Notes: generated by a model not told the origin, from the letters alone. Shown: positions 12,101 to 24,290, counted from the first letter of the stretch. The stretch is DNA of 64,000 nucleotides from Phoronis australis (GCA_002633005.1 NMRA01000047.1:831326-895325); one strand, 5' to 3'. Made by a program: numbers and translations.

Positions 12101-13785
12101 GTCCATTAATACAATACAATACAATGACTTTCTCCATTCTGAACAAACCCCATTTTTTACACACAGAGATAAATTTGTGAAGCAGGAACTTCCTATCGTT
12201 CCAACATGAGGTCCGCTCTACTGAAATTGTTTTGGATATTAGGGAAATTTACCGCTACAATACAGCAACGTTAAAACTGAGCAATATATCACAGTGCTCA
12301 CGATACATATTTTTACCGCTAGAGATTCCAATTCACTAAGCAGAACTCATTGAAAAGGCAGTTTGCATATGTGCATGAATTTAGTGCAAAAAAAGACAGA
12401 TTCTTTATAAAAACTGAAATGCAGGAATAATCATTGAAGATCCAGAAGACCTTTGGCTTGTTCATAACTGGTGTAAAATGAAACAAAACGGTGTTCTGTA
12501 GCAACAAAAAGGAATCTAAATACTAGCAGTCGCATTTAATGGCGTTTTTGCATAAAAAGACCAAAGACCAGTGCTGCATCACTTGGAAGTTGTGTGAAAT
12601 GATTATTCACGTTTGCAACACGTCCAGGTAAATGATAAAAAATCAAAATTCATGTCATTGGTCTCCAAAATTAGTGCATTTCTTTGGCATCAAGCAGACA
12701 TACAAACTCACCATTTTGTCAAACTCCCTGTCGTACATGTCGTTGATAATGCAACCAGCGCCTCTCATGAAGAATGCCCCCGCCCCGAATAAAGCCAGTA
12801 GCTTGAAGTCGGGTAGATGACCAGGCGCTGCAGCCAGCCCTATACTCCAGGTACACGGCCAGAACAGTAACAAGGTACCTGTAAAAAGTCAGCAGCATCC
12901 ATGTGAACAGTCACTGTTCCTCATATTTGCACTAGATTACAATATGAAGTTGGGTCATACAATAATTGTACAATAAAGAGTTTATCACATCAAAAAATAT
13001 CGATTGGTATTCAGAGTATTAAGAATTCAATTTGCTGCACTTTAATGATAAAATGTGAAAAGAATATCAAAAGTTAAAATCAGCATCTGTGAAAAACTAT
13101 ATGATCTTGCGTTTCCAGGCCCACAACCCCAATAGAGGATGCTGCTTTCCACAGGCAAACAAAAATACCCAGCACATGCCTTAGGTAACTAAGTTTTGGT
13201 ATATTCATAAACATGGCAATTACCTGAACAACGATCACAATCTATCACTGAAAAGCAGAATTACTCTCCATCGTCATCACTCACCACAAAGATAACCATT
13301 TTGAACCCTAACAACTGAACATTCAGTTCCAGATTCCAATGCTTACCTATTGGTTTGTCAAATCTAATCAACCTCAGGTAAGGTTGAACAGAAAGAGGCG
13401 AGGCATCTAACACTGCTCTAGGTGACAGACTGAACTGTCTCTGATACAACAAAGCCCTTGATAAACTATTCCGAGAAAGCAGATGGCCACGATTTGTAAC
13501 TAAAGTGGAGAAGTCACTGACTGCTCTTCCACTTGCCGCAACTCCATTGGATAAACAAATTCCATCCAAGTATGTTCTATTGCTAAGGAATGTGGAGTGT
13601 TGATAAGGAGGGTGCTGCACACAGCTGAGTTTATGAGACAGTAGTCGACACTGCACACAATGGTCCTTGTACAACGCCTTTTGCTGAAGTGATGGTAAGG
13701 CAGGTGTCGACGTCAGCACAGATGATGGGACTAGTATTGTTCGTGACACTAGTGTCTTAGCCATTGCAGTACTTAGTAATGCCAT
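6131..13785 (-). CDS. COQ2: 4-hydroxybenzoate polyprenyltransferase, mitochondrial (UbiA family); 7 coding exons with a mutually exclusive exon 5
   Basis: Hand-spliced exons, all GT-AG and phase-consistent: 13785-13347 (ATG, long presequence ...[13 protein letters not shown]), 12878-12712 ([13 protein letters not shown]...[18 protein letters not shown]), 11854-11733 ([12 protein letters not shown]...), 9932-9847 (...[17 protein letters not shown]), either 9495-9365 or 8511-8378 (...YDxIYAHQ), 7097-6909 ([18 protein letters not shown]...), 6247-6131 ([12 protein letters not shown]...TAG). Gives 417 aa (a exon) or 416 aa (e-like exon). Both UbiA Asp-rich motifs are present (NDxxDxxxD; YDxIYAHQDxxDD). 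Confidence 0.97.
6715..6903 (-). pseudogene. Two decayed tandem copies of the 3' half of COQ2 exon 6, including its donor site
   Basis: The ~6715-6815 copy reads ...[20 protein letters not shown]|gtga versus the real [20 protein letters not shown]|gtga, with a 10-nt frameshifting deletion upstream; the ~6816-6903 copy is more degraded and also ends CAG|gt. Confidence 0.8.
7760..8018. repeat. Long imperfect palindrome (fold-back MITE-like) in the COQ2 intron after exon 5a
   Basis: Left arm ...aaaattgaatt...tggtctcgtaatattccttaacacgatagtattctgtttccattaccaa pairs with right arm ttggtgacggaaatagaatcccatcagggtaaagaatatcatgaggcca...aattcaattttt, ~26-nt loop. Confidence 0.7.
8378..8511 (-). CDS. 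COQ2: COQ2 exon 5 'a' type (canonical, ubiquinone-type), 134 nt
   Basis: tttgtttag|GG...CAA|gtgagt; encodes (G)[44 protein letters not shown], with the canonical TFNWG and [12 protein letters not shown] motifs; phase 1 in, phase 0 out. Confidence 0.95.
9365..9495 (-). CDS. COQ2: COQ2 alternative exon 5, 'e'-like (putative rhodoquinone-type), 131 nt
   Basis: ccaccaacag|GT...CAG|gttaga; open frame (G)[43 protein letters not shown]; same phases as 8378-8511; 25 of 44 aligned residues identical; no stop or frameshift. Confidence 0.88.
11320..11740. repeat. 47-bp minisatellite, 9 copies, overlapping the COQ2 exon 3 donor
   Basis: gtgaaaccctacc recurs every 47 nt from 11345 to 11721; the last unit contains the real exon end TGGTATAG|gtaggg. 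Confidence 0.95.
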
Positions 13786-14889
13786 CTGTGATCTAAAAAA
13801 CACAGTTTGCTTTAGTAATTCTACATTCACCATTCATGATTGAATACTGCATGGGTCTGTCTCATGAAGTCATTTAAGATTTAAGTCAGAAATTTGGTCT
13901 TCAGCTTCCACTACACAAAATGCAATAAAGCTTTTATCGTGTAATTGATAACGCTCAAGGAATAATTTACAGAAATTACCTCAGTAACTAGCAGATGTGG
14001 ATATCTTGCCAGACACTTTGTAAGTTTGCCTCACTCAGTTTTAATTATTGTTCAGAAATAGTTAGTGGAGCGTAAGGACAAATTTCAGTCTAAATCACCC
14101 TCATCTCCCCAATGAGATTATATAGAATGGAATAGCAGTGGTAGTAGTAGCAGTAGCAGTAGCTGCAGCAGTAGTTGTAGTATATTTGTTTATAAAAGTG
14201 AGGCGCTTAAATGTAAACAATTTGTACAAGACATGCAGTACTACACCATACAAGTCTAGATTCATCATAACTCAGGGAACTGCATTCTTTAAAGTGGAAC
14301 AGTTAAACTACTAATGGCACATTCATTGATGTAACTTGAAAATCTATGAACTAAGATAAAGTATTATTTATCAGTCATCTTTCAAGAATGGGAATGAAGA
14401 CATTTTCGGCCACTTCGGGATATTTTGCATAGTATAAAAGGAGTTTAGGACCTTGGTAAAAAACAAGATTAAAAATAACAATTGTTCAAACCAGAAATGT
14501 AATGCAGTAAGCAAATTTCAAAAATGTCCGCTAGTCTAAGTCACTCCTTTCGCTAACTTTTTGTCACTTTGATAATTGTTGTCAATAGCCAAGACACCTG
14601 TCAATTTGAAATTGAAGTCCCAGCCTCTTCACATAACAATCTCATTTGAGAAAAGTAATTATTTCTTGAAAAAAGGCAATAAATGAAACACTGACTCAGC
14701 GTTTACATAGTGCAATTTGCTCACAGCATCACAACTTCGTGTTTAAAGAATTGTCAATTTCTTTTTATAAAAATTAACTAAAACCGTTCAAGACATCTTC
14801 AGTAACATAAGCCATCATGACAAAAATATGATCATAAATAGTAACATTGTTGTTTGATTGATTACATTCGCTAGACAGTAGTGGACAAT

Positions 14890-15020
14890 AGTCCGGCAAC
14901 AGGGTCCCTCATTTATAATTGATTTGAGAACCAGTCACTACCACTGAATAACGGGCATTAGTCAGTGGGAATAACTGATTGTCAAATCAGGGACTCATGT
15001 ATCTGACTATTACCCACTAG
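14890..15020. repeat. Dispersed palindromic repeat family (gagaaccagt...ccactgaat); other copies ~30725-30810 and ~58200-58300
   Basis: Shared core ttgagaacca...ccactgaat...ggc...gttctcaaaat in three places. Confidence 0.6.
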
Positions 15021-15484
15021 ACTCACAAACTTTGAACAGTTCGTAAGTAGGCCTAGGACTTCTTAATATGCCTGTTTTCAGACTTTTTTGGCACCGGGGT
15101 CGGTCATGCGTTCAGTTGCTAGCAAAAACCAAGAGGACCAATGAGGAATAAAAAATCTCTCATAAGTCAGGCATGCAAAAGTTGGATATTTGCTTAACCA
15201 ACTGTTTTAGTTTGTGCACTTGTTCTTCTGGACCAGGGATCTAGGCTAGGGCCTAGGCCCTCGCGTAGGGCATAGCCTAGGGCCATAGTGGGGTCTAACC
15301 TCAGCACTGTAGTGGGAAGTGGTCTTATAAAGCAGTCCTTTACTCTGAGAACCAGGGAATTACCGTGCATATAAGAAGCCGATTTTACAAATCAGAGTTC
15401 TGGTGGACTCCGAACACATCAGGATAAGTTGCAGACAACTGAACAAGATCGTCAAGATCGATAAAAGACAGATTAGCCGATTAC

Positions 15485-15640
15485 CTGATGATCTAGCCTT
15501 GGTGCAAAGCTGTTACTGAATTACTAGTAGTAAATATACAGATTGGTGCAGACGTAGGTAAAAAATGACCAAATAAACACAGCGAGGTGACGATCAACAT
15601 CAGAACTACCCTCGCTGTGTGCAATTACGGCGTCTATGTT
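15485..15640 (-). other. COQ2: Candidate non-coding first exon of COQ2
   Basis: The ATG exon is preceded by acceptor-like tttttag atcacag|ATG (13795-13786), implying an upstream UTR exon; a CAG|gtaatc donor lies at 15485/15484 near the shared promoter. The 5' boundary is a guess. Confidence 0.4.
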
Positions 15641-16006
15641 AGAAATAATACACGGTGTTGCCTAGATGTATTTTGACAAGTCTTCATACAGCTAGCAGGC
15701 TGGATAGTCAATGATCTACCAAAAACAGCACTATGCAGAAGATTGCTAACCATATGAAATTTATAATTATCAAGTCATCGATGCGATTGTAATTCTAGTA
15801 GGCTTGATACCGAACTCTGGAACATCTTATGTCCAGGGTGCGTGCCCTTCGACAACCTCGCGAACGACCTTCTTCCAAACTTCTTCCTGAAAATCTCTAG
15901 CCACAAGAGAGAACAAGACTTTCGTTTATTCATGGAAGGATTCTCTCAAGAAATTAAGTTTATGAATGACAAGTGACATAATTGAAAAAAATGTTATCTA
16001 CTTGCA

Positions 16007-16157
16007 CCAATATTGGCAGTTATTTGAATTTTGTATATATGTCTGAAAATGTAAACCTTCATTAGCTTTGAGACTATACAATGCATCTGTCTATTGGAGA
16101 TAACGAAACGGTATTTTGGCGCGATGTTTTGGCCCAATCAGCTATTCTCGCGCCAAA
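16007..16157. promoter_or_regulatory. Cell-cycle-type (E2F/CCAAT/CHR) promoter between divergent COQ2 and DTYMK
   Basis: Inverted E2F sites TTTGGCGCGA (16115-16124) and TCGCGCCAAA (16148-16157) flank CCAAT (16134-16138); further CCAAT/ATTGG at 16007-16016 and 16093-16097; CHR-like TTTGAA at 16023-16028; 60-210 nt upstream of the DTYMK ATG. Confidence 0.65.
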
Positions 16158-16219
16158 TTTGTCCCTCCAAAGTATTAACAACTTTTTTTTCGGCAGCGTC
16201 GACTGAGCTGAGAAGAAAA

Positions 16220-19200
16220 ATGTCTGTTAATAGGGGTGCATTGATTGTTTTAGAAGGATGCGATCGCTGTGGTAAATCTACACAATGTAGAAAGTTGGTG
16301 GACGTTTTGAATAAACAAGGATTTAAAGCAAAATTGTGGAGATATCCAGGTTTGTATTTGACATTTAGCCTACTAATTTATTTGTAATGTAGGCCTAATA
16401 TGATCATCTTTGTATTTGCCTTGCTGTATGTAGACAGTGACCACCGTCTCTAGCCGACTATTCAGCTAGAGGCGTGTCTTACCTGCATATTGTGTTGGTG
16501 CAAATCCATCTGACGTCAGCCTCGCTCTGTTTCCAAGCGCCCAGGTAGGCTACATGATGCATCTTCAAAGAAGTTTGAAGTGACCAAATTAGCTTGCAAA
16601 ACATCACATAATTGTTTTTAGAACATTCAGTATGAAAAAACTAGGGGTTTTAAACAATAATCCACACATTTTTTGAGATTAATGAATCAATAAAAAGTAT
16701 TGAAGTTAGGGTGAGCAAACCAAAATTTCAAGTTTAACAAAATTACATGAAGAGGCATTCAAATGAAAGCCCTCATTGAGTATAATTCGCTGCTTTTTGA
16801 ATTTTTAAAAACGGTTGAGGGGTTTTGATGCTACAGGCATTTTTGTCGCCCCAAAATAGGCCCTTTTCTGGAATTCGGTGTTTAAAATTCGGAATTGTGG
16901 TCAACCAAGAGTTTAAGCTTGATTTATTTTAACAATATAGTTTATAAACTACTAAAAATGAGCTAACTTGTTCTTACTGTCTTGTATTTTAAGAATAATC
17001 AGCTAAATTTGTGAGAAGTTGTACCTGTGATGATTACTAAGGTGTTCAAAATTGGAAAAAAACAACTCGACTTAGTTTTTTTCTGCTTTGTGACGCTGCG
17101 TTTTTCATTCTGAGTGCAACTTCAAGACCCTATATTTTAAAAAAGGACACACATAGAACTCTGAAACTTTCAGGATGTCATAACATCATCATAGAAAGGT
17201 CACTGAAACATTAATGCTCCTGTATTAGTAAATGCATATTCAAAAAAGTAATTTTAAATTTAAAAAAATCTCAAAATTGAACAATCTTGTAGAATCGGCA
17301 ACTTTTCACGATTTATTGAATGTATTTTGCTATATATCAAAAACCGTTAAAGATTTTTGCCTAATTCTTTTTTTACCATGTTGTTCTAACACTCAGACAT
17401 CATGTCAACACCTATAACAGGACATTAAATTTGAAAAACTTATTAGAATTTGAAATTGAAAAACCTACGAAAATTATAAAATTTTAACGTTTGCGGCATG
17501 TATGACGTAATATCTCAAAAACCGTACAAGATTTTTGCCTAATTTCTTTTCCTGTGTCACTACTAACTCTCAGTCATCACTTTGACACCTAACACAGCTC
17601 ATTGAATTGGAACATAAATTTAAAAAATTGAAAATAAACTCATGAAAAACCATTACTTTTTAATTTCCTCGGGTGCGCATTTTGCCATAACTCCAAAATC
17701 CTCCAAGATTGCTCTAATTTAAGTCTGTAGAACTAAATGCTCTACCACCATATCAACNCGAGTGAACCAATTCGGGATCGTTTTTTGTGCGAACGCCAGA
17801 TCGCGGTAAAGTTTAAACTTCAATTTTTTAATTATTTTTATCTCCGATTTCAAATTGGTTCACCCTGACAAAAATGCAGAATTTTATGCAGTTTAAAATG
17901 ATATATTAATCAGCGAATTTCATTCACGGACTGCAATGCTACGCCCGAAAATCCGACCCCCACTGAGCTGTCACAAAATTTTACGGAAGTGACGAAAATG
18001 CGTGTGTAAGCCATTTTTAGTCAAAAATTTTAGTATTTCATTTAGGATGAGTGAATGTGTGTTGGACATGCATGGAAAGACGAAGAATCAGTGTTTATCA
18101 TCATATCAATTTTATTCTTATCGAGTAATGATAAAAAGAGATATGACAGTTTGAAAGTCTAGAAAAATGGCCGATTTTGTCGATTCCAGAAAGTCGGCCA
18201 TTATGGTTTGCTCACCCTATTGAAGTTGGACAGTTTTACCGAACTTCACTTAGTTGTTTTCGATAGCTTGTGTTCGTAAGTTCAAATTAATATTAAGTCG
18301 TGGAAGCCAAACAAAGGTAAAAATCTCAAGGTTTTCATTAATGTCCAGGTGAAAATTTGTTTTTTATCATAAACTCATGATGCCATGTACAAAAATGCAC
18401 AATGCTCCCATGATTGAGATGTTTTGTCTTCATTTTTGCAGCATCTGGCTATGCTGTAAGCCTCCACCTCATTGACTCAATTATGACAACTCAGTGTATG
18501 AAAGGACTGAATTGTGGGTAGGCCTAAATATTGAAAACTGCGCATGTCCGATGGAGGATTCGTTTTGAGCGACAGGCCAACAGCTCTGTAACCGTTTAAC
18601 TTGAATAAGTAGTAAACAGTTTTCCGTGCAGTTAAAGGTGGTTTTGCAAAATCTTTTTTCTGGCTATCGTATTGGAGGTTTCCTGTGAATGAAGACGAAT
18701 TCAGAAGTATTTTGCTAGAAATATACATGTGGAATATTGCAAAAACAACCAAGTTTTGTGAACAAGATTTTAGATAACCTCACTGAATATTTGATTCCAC
18801 GTTGAACGCATACGGGGTCTTGTGATTAAGCGTATAAAATTCCAAGTTGACGCTGTCATTGACACTGGTTTGTGGTAGGGACATGACGTAGTATTCACTT
18901 TACTTTTTTATAAGGATTTCAAGGAAATTTGAAAACCATTTAAAACAAGAAATCTCAGGAGAACCACGTTTATGACCAAAATCGGGGAATTTGGTGATTT
19001 GTAATTAAAAAGCAACATATGTGTTAGAATTATGGTGTTTATGTGAATTTTATTCGAATTCTAAACCTTGTGAAGTCAAATTCCTTCCATTTTCCATTAT
19101 TGTAGAAAATCTTGGGCTCTAAGAGTGGTTAAAGGAAAAATTTCGAAAAATTCTGCCTGCAGAAAGGAATTTGGTCTCTAAATATATTTCTTTACTTTTC

Positions 19201-22200
19201 AGAACGCAGTACAGAAATAGGGAAAGTTATCAGCGACTACCTGGAGAAGAAGAATGACCTTGAAGACCATGCGGTTCATCTTCTCTTCTCAGCCAACAGA
19301 TGGGAGAGCGTGTAAGGGTGTCACAGTAATTCAGTAAATATTTAGAAATTTTCGTTGCGTCGAAATATTTGTGTTTCGCCAATAATTGAATTACAGGGTT
19401 AGCTAAGAGCTTTATCAGAGAAGACAACTTGTACTATTCAATGCCGAAAGCCGAGAGGCCAGATTCCGGACATAATAACAATTTGAACTCGTTTTGAATT
19501 TTAATTAAGCCTTGATGATGGACAGTTTAGAGGTCATTACATCATGTCTTTTGCTAATGCGGTTAAAGGGACATTACCTGTGAGAAATATAATTTTCTGA
19601 GGTCAGCCTCAGCGTGGAGACGAACCAGCCCCCACATGGTTGCAGTCATACGCTCTGCTGGCTCAGCTATACCCACAAAAAACGGATCTTGTTGTTTTAT
19701 AGCTCTGGTCTAAGGCATTAACTTCACGAACTAGTTATCTTCCGTGAAATTTAGGATTAACTAGGTCAGGAATGACATGCTCAACATTGACTCTTTGATC
19801 AGCGCATTTTGCAGTGAATAGAAAACTCACTGAAAGGCACACTTGTCATTGAAGAAGTTTTAAAGATACTTTTAGTGTCTTATTTGCTTCGTTTGTATTC
19901 TACACCATTCATAACACAACATTTGCGAAATAGAAAAACAATTATTTTGATAATTCTTCTGCTCCTAAGTAAATGTAGAATTTCCATTCGCGCTACAGTC
20001 CTCTGCACGTGTCACTGAACTTTTATGATTTACATTCTTCCAGACCAGAAATGAAAAGGCTTCTGAACAGTGGAACAACTTTAGTTGTTGACAGATATGC
20101 TTATTCTGGGGTTGCTTTTACTGCTGCTAAAGAGGTACGTGATTCACATCCTCAGGTTCTACTTTGTAAAGATTCAAACACAACCCTCTAATTGCGGGTT
20201 GTAGTTTTGCATCGTAATCCTACATCGCAGTAATTCACAGTGAGTTGAAGATTATTTACAATTCCAGAGCATAGCACTATTATTATTTTTTCAACAACAG
20301 AATGAAAATAACTATAAATCTTTCAATTAATGAAAACAACGGATTTAAAACGGCTTGACATGTTTTGGTGTCGTTTATTTATAAACATCATCATCAGAAG
20401 AGAGAACATAGTAGCCACCTACCTAGACAGGCCCAACAACAAGTGATGAAACACAAGACACAATCAGTAACAGGAGGTGACGATAAACTAGATCAACAAT
20501 GACAACCTGTGGTATGCCAGTTGCCTATTGAGGTTGGGCTTGCACCAAGTGATATGTAGAGCCTTGTGAATTTTAAGCTCCTTTTGTTGTTTCTGCTTGG
20601 TCTATTAAAGTGTAAATTGCAAGGTCTAAGTATGTTAAATTGTAATAATATTTTCAAGATATTGTTAGTTGGATATATCTTCTTCCAATTATCATNCTGT
20701 ACTCACTGGGATCCATATTGTTTTCTTTGTGTTCCCCAACACCACGTCACAGATGTGTAACGAAGGAAAATGGCGCCGTTTCTATTTTCCGTTACAACAA
20801 TGGCGTTACAACGCCACGGCAACAAATATGTAAATAACTTTTTATAGCGACGTACAATTCAGTTAATATTAAGAATATAGCAATAATAATTATAAACATG
20901 AATTTAGGGCATATTGTTGTTCAGATTGGTTGAGACCTTGCAATTTACACTTTAAAGCAAAGTCATTGAAAGAGCATTGCTCAGGACAATGATTGGAGCT
21001 GTGCAGATGAATATTAACATGTGGACCTTTGTCAGAATTTAGATGTTCCCTGGTCCTGGTTTTCAAATGGCGAACAGTTTCGCCAGATAACTGGAGACAT
21101 ATCCAGCACAGATAAATTCGTACACTACCCTGGACCGTAGACCCATAGGAATTTTGTCCTTAGACTTAAATAAATTCGACAGTTATAGGGACTTGAATGT
21201 TAATACAAAGTTCTCTTAAGTTAACACAGTAATCATTCTCCAATTTGTTGAGTTTTCGTTGAGCAATGTTGGCGTAAAGCCCAACATAGGGTACTTTGAA
21301 GTACTTGTAGTTAATTTTGTCTACAGGATGAATATCATCAAGATTACCTTGCAATCTTGCGTTCAGTACCCTATTGACTAATTCTAGGGGATAGCGATTC
21401 TTTTGCAAATTCGTTGTAAGTTGTTTAATATCAGAATTAAATCTAGCCCATGTGTTGTTAATGCTACATACCCTGTCTATTAAGAGTGTTACTGAGACCT
21501 ACTTTATAAACAAAGGATGTGATGCTATGAAAACAACTGTTTCTGAGGTTAGGGGTCAAGTTCTCAGGAATCGGTTCATGGCCTCTTTTGCAAGGCTTGG
21601 AATTTTCCCCGGAAACGTGGATTTCCGCTTTTTTCAAATGTTCTGTCCGCCCATTTTATTATATTTCTGCGTAAAAAAATCTTATTTGATATAAAATGTC
21701 CGCGGCAAATTCCTTTCCTACCGCGGCATTGCCGACGACGTTCACCTCGAAGAGCGGGAGTTGCTCTTTATGTTTCGGAGGAACATAAATTGTCAACATT
21801 GCCGGGGCATCTGGGATAGCGTGGTGGGATTTTCGATGGCGTCTCGTGTGATTGTAAACCGCGGTGACAAATACTGCGGCTCTGCAGCCAAAAATGTGTG
21901 GGGGTGGGAGTGGACGGGCGAGCTAAAAAGACGCAAACGCGTGCTACTGATGGTGGTAACGTTTTTTTTTTCTTTTTTTAGTTCTGCCGATTTTTGTGGG
22001 CGAAAGGTTCACATCGACTACTTCAAGGCTGGATAGCGCGCATGTTTTGTGCCGTTCTTTGTCATTGGTCATTCCAAGCCCTGCTTTTGATATAGCTATA
22101 ATAGACCCAGCAGTGACTTTCGACCCCCCCTCCATTGCAGTTTGCAGCCGCTTAACCTTGCCCACATATCTTCATTGGAAACCAGTTGACACACTGCTGA

Positions 22201-22966
22201 TTTAATTCACCTGATGAATTCGCATATGGACTTTTCAAGACTACGAACGAAGACAGTTTGCATTTTTTTCCACTCTTGTTTCCTGAAATGACGTCATGCG
22301 AACAAAATCCAAAATATTCTCGATAACCGAAATCACAATGTTTTACATTCACAAAATATGAGCTTTTAGAATCAAAACGTGTTTCAGGGTTTTGACTTGG
22401 ACTGGTGCAAACAGCCCGACATTGGTCTACCCCAGCCAGATTTGGTGATGTATCTGACTCTCAACGTAGAGATCGCGGCAGGCCGCGGGTCTTTTGGGAT
22501 GGAGAGGTATGAGAGAACGGACTTTCAACAGAAAGTGGCCGAAAACTTCCAAAAGCTTCGGGAAACTGATTGGAAGGTAAGTTGTTTGCAGAAGAAGTCT
22601 GGTTACGCCATTCATTATCCGCCAGATAAACTAGACAAAGAGTTGTAAGTTTAACGAGTTTAATTCGCAGCCGACAACACAACGAGGCGGAACCGGAAGG
22701 GCTCTCACGAAACACAGTCTTACGAATAACAATGCAATGGCGCTGGTTTTACATTTTTCATAGAATATTCATTTTTATTTCAGATTGTAGATGCCAGTCG
22801 CACCATTGAGGAAATTCATCTTGACATTAAACAGTTGGCTTTGAAAACCATCGAGAACTCTAAGACTAAAGAAATTGGGAAACTGTGGACTAAAAATGAG
22901 AACTCAATGAAAAGGAAGCTAAATGATTTGACCAACATGAATAATCACACTGGTGTGAAAGCTTAG
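16220..22966 (+). CDS. DTYMK: Thymidylate (dTMP) kinase, 5 exons, 233 aa
   Basis: Exons 16220-16349, 19203-19311, 20044-20134, 22388-22576, 22784-22966, all GT-AG and in phase; P-loop [55 protein letters not shown] motifs. Confidence 0.97.
16708..18218. mobile_element. ~1.5 kb non-autonomous DNA transposon in DTYMK intron 1
   Basis: Perfect TIR agggtgagcaaacca / tggtttgctcaccct; flanked by the 9-bp direct repeat attgaagtt (16699-16707 and 18219-18227; 7 bp if termini are read as TAGGG/CCCTA); internal ~180-bp subrepeats; no transposase ORF. Confidence 0.85.
20354..21545 (-). mobile_element. Decayed, 5'-truncated Penelope-like retroelement (RT thumb + GIY-YIG endonuclease remnant + pseudo-LTR) in DTYMK intron 3
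   Basis: Minus-strand frames read ...[19 protein letters not shown]...YFKVPYVG...[36 protein letters not shown] with stops and frameshifts, typical of PLE GIY-YIG regions; relic hammerhead at the 3' end. Confidence 0.75.
21591..22083. mobile_element. CAGGGCTTGGAAT-terminated MITE family with 6-bp TSD, copy 1
   Basis: caaggcttggaat ... attccaagccctg, flanked by cttttg on both sides. Confidence 0.75.
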
Positions 22967-23724
22967 CTTTAGCCCTCTTGGCATTAGTCTTATTGATTCA
23001 AGGTTATGGAGGACACTAGAAAAGTGAAAAGTGTCCAAATTTGGCAAACTTCAAAACATCGTATCGCAGAAATGGATGATCATGTTCGTGTGAAATTTTA
23101 GATACTGTGCTTTGTGCACTGTTCTCCTAAACACTGTTAGAAATTTCACTAAGTAATTTTATAAGGTTTGGTAGAGTACAAATTGATTGTTTCTTATTTT
23201 CACAAGAAAAGTGTTAGTACCTTGACAGTGGAAACTATTGGAGACTGGTTGTGAAAATAAGAAACAATCAATTTGGTGTTAGGAATTGTTTTAAAATGTT
23301 CCACTTTAGAAAACAGTAACAGCGTTTTTGAAATTTCGTCTTGAACATTTGTTTTGCTCTCGATGTACCTTTTTTGCTAAATTTTACTAAAAAAACATGG
23401 TCAAGTGACCCAATTAATAACAGATTGGTAAAAAGTCAAAAATTAAATTCTACATAGTTTCTACTTTCAGAAATATATACTTAAATTGATTTAAAGTCTA
23501 TAGTTTTTTAGATATTTGGCTAAAGACATCACCATGTTAAGGTCTTATGTAACCTTAAATAACAAAGATTCATTGAACTGATGACATGATACCCATATTT
23601 GTATTTGTGCTCATGTAATTTCTGGTCTAACAGGTGCTTTTGTGTATTCATTGTTTTGTGCAGTCAGCAAGCTGACTTTTTGTGACATTTTACGTGCATA
23701 AGCATCTTTTTATCAAATGATTCA

Positions 23725-24290
23725 GGGCTGTTCCAGTAAAATCTGTATGGGAGGGGGGGAAGGCACCTTTTTTCGCACCCACCACCCATATTTTTTATTT
23801 ATTTCTTCAGCCTACCACCCGTAATTTTTTATAGGTTTGAAATGCAACCACTCGTAATTTTTTTTTGTTCTTGTGGTTGACTGCACAGGCGCTTGAGTTT
23901 ATCTGTTCCTCCGTCACTACTAACGTCATTCATTACTAAGAAAACATGTTTCTATATATGGTTATTAGCCATCGAGAAATTCGAGCACCTGTGGTTAAAT
24001 GGTGTTATGGGCATGCGGATAAGGAGATCGGAGGGAGTGAAAAAGTCGGAGCTTTTTGCAAGTTGCATTTTTGTTTCAGTTTTTGATTCTGTGCGGATTG
24101 TTTATAAAATTTACTAAAATTACCCACCATCAAACATTTATGGCCCAATGAAACAACAACGACCTGTAAATTTTTATTTTTTTGAAGTACGACCACCAGC
24201 CATTTTGAATTTAAATCAAATGCAACCACCCATAAATATTTATTTCAGTTTCCTTCCCCCCCTCCCACACAGATTTTGCTGGAACAGCCC
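23725..24290. mobile_element. PIF/Harbinger-like MITE
   Basis: ~38-bp TIR gggctgttccagtaaaatctgtatgggagggggggaagg / ccttccccccctcccacacagattttgctggaacagccc; 3-bp TSD TCA. Confidence 0.85.

Noticed and set aside
13786-13833. N-terminal extension MVNVELLKQTVFFRSQ of the COQ2 ORF
   Set aside because: Overlaps a clear acceptor/branch region (actaaag...ttttttag...cacag), so it is more likely intron.
22211-22258. CTGATGA with a hairpin, hammerhead-like (also 3143-3181)
   Set aside because: No GAAA core or stem III/cleavage triplet at 22211; the 3143 candidate lacks an intact CUGAUGA.
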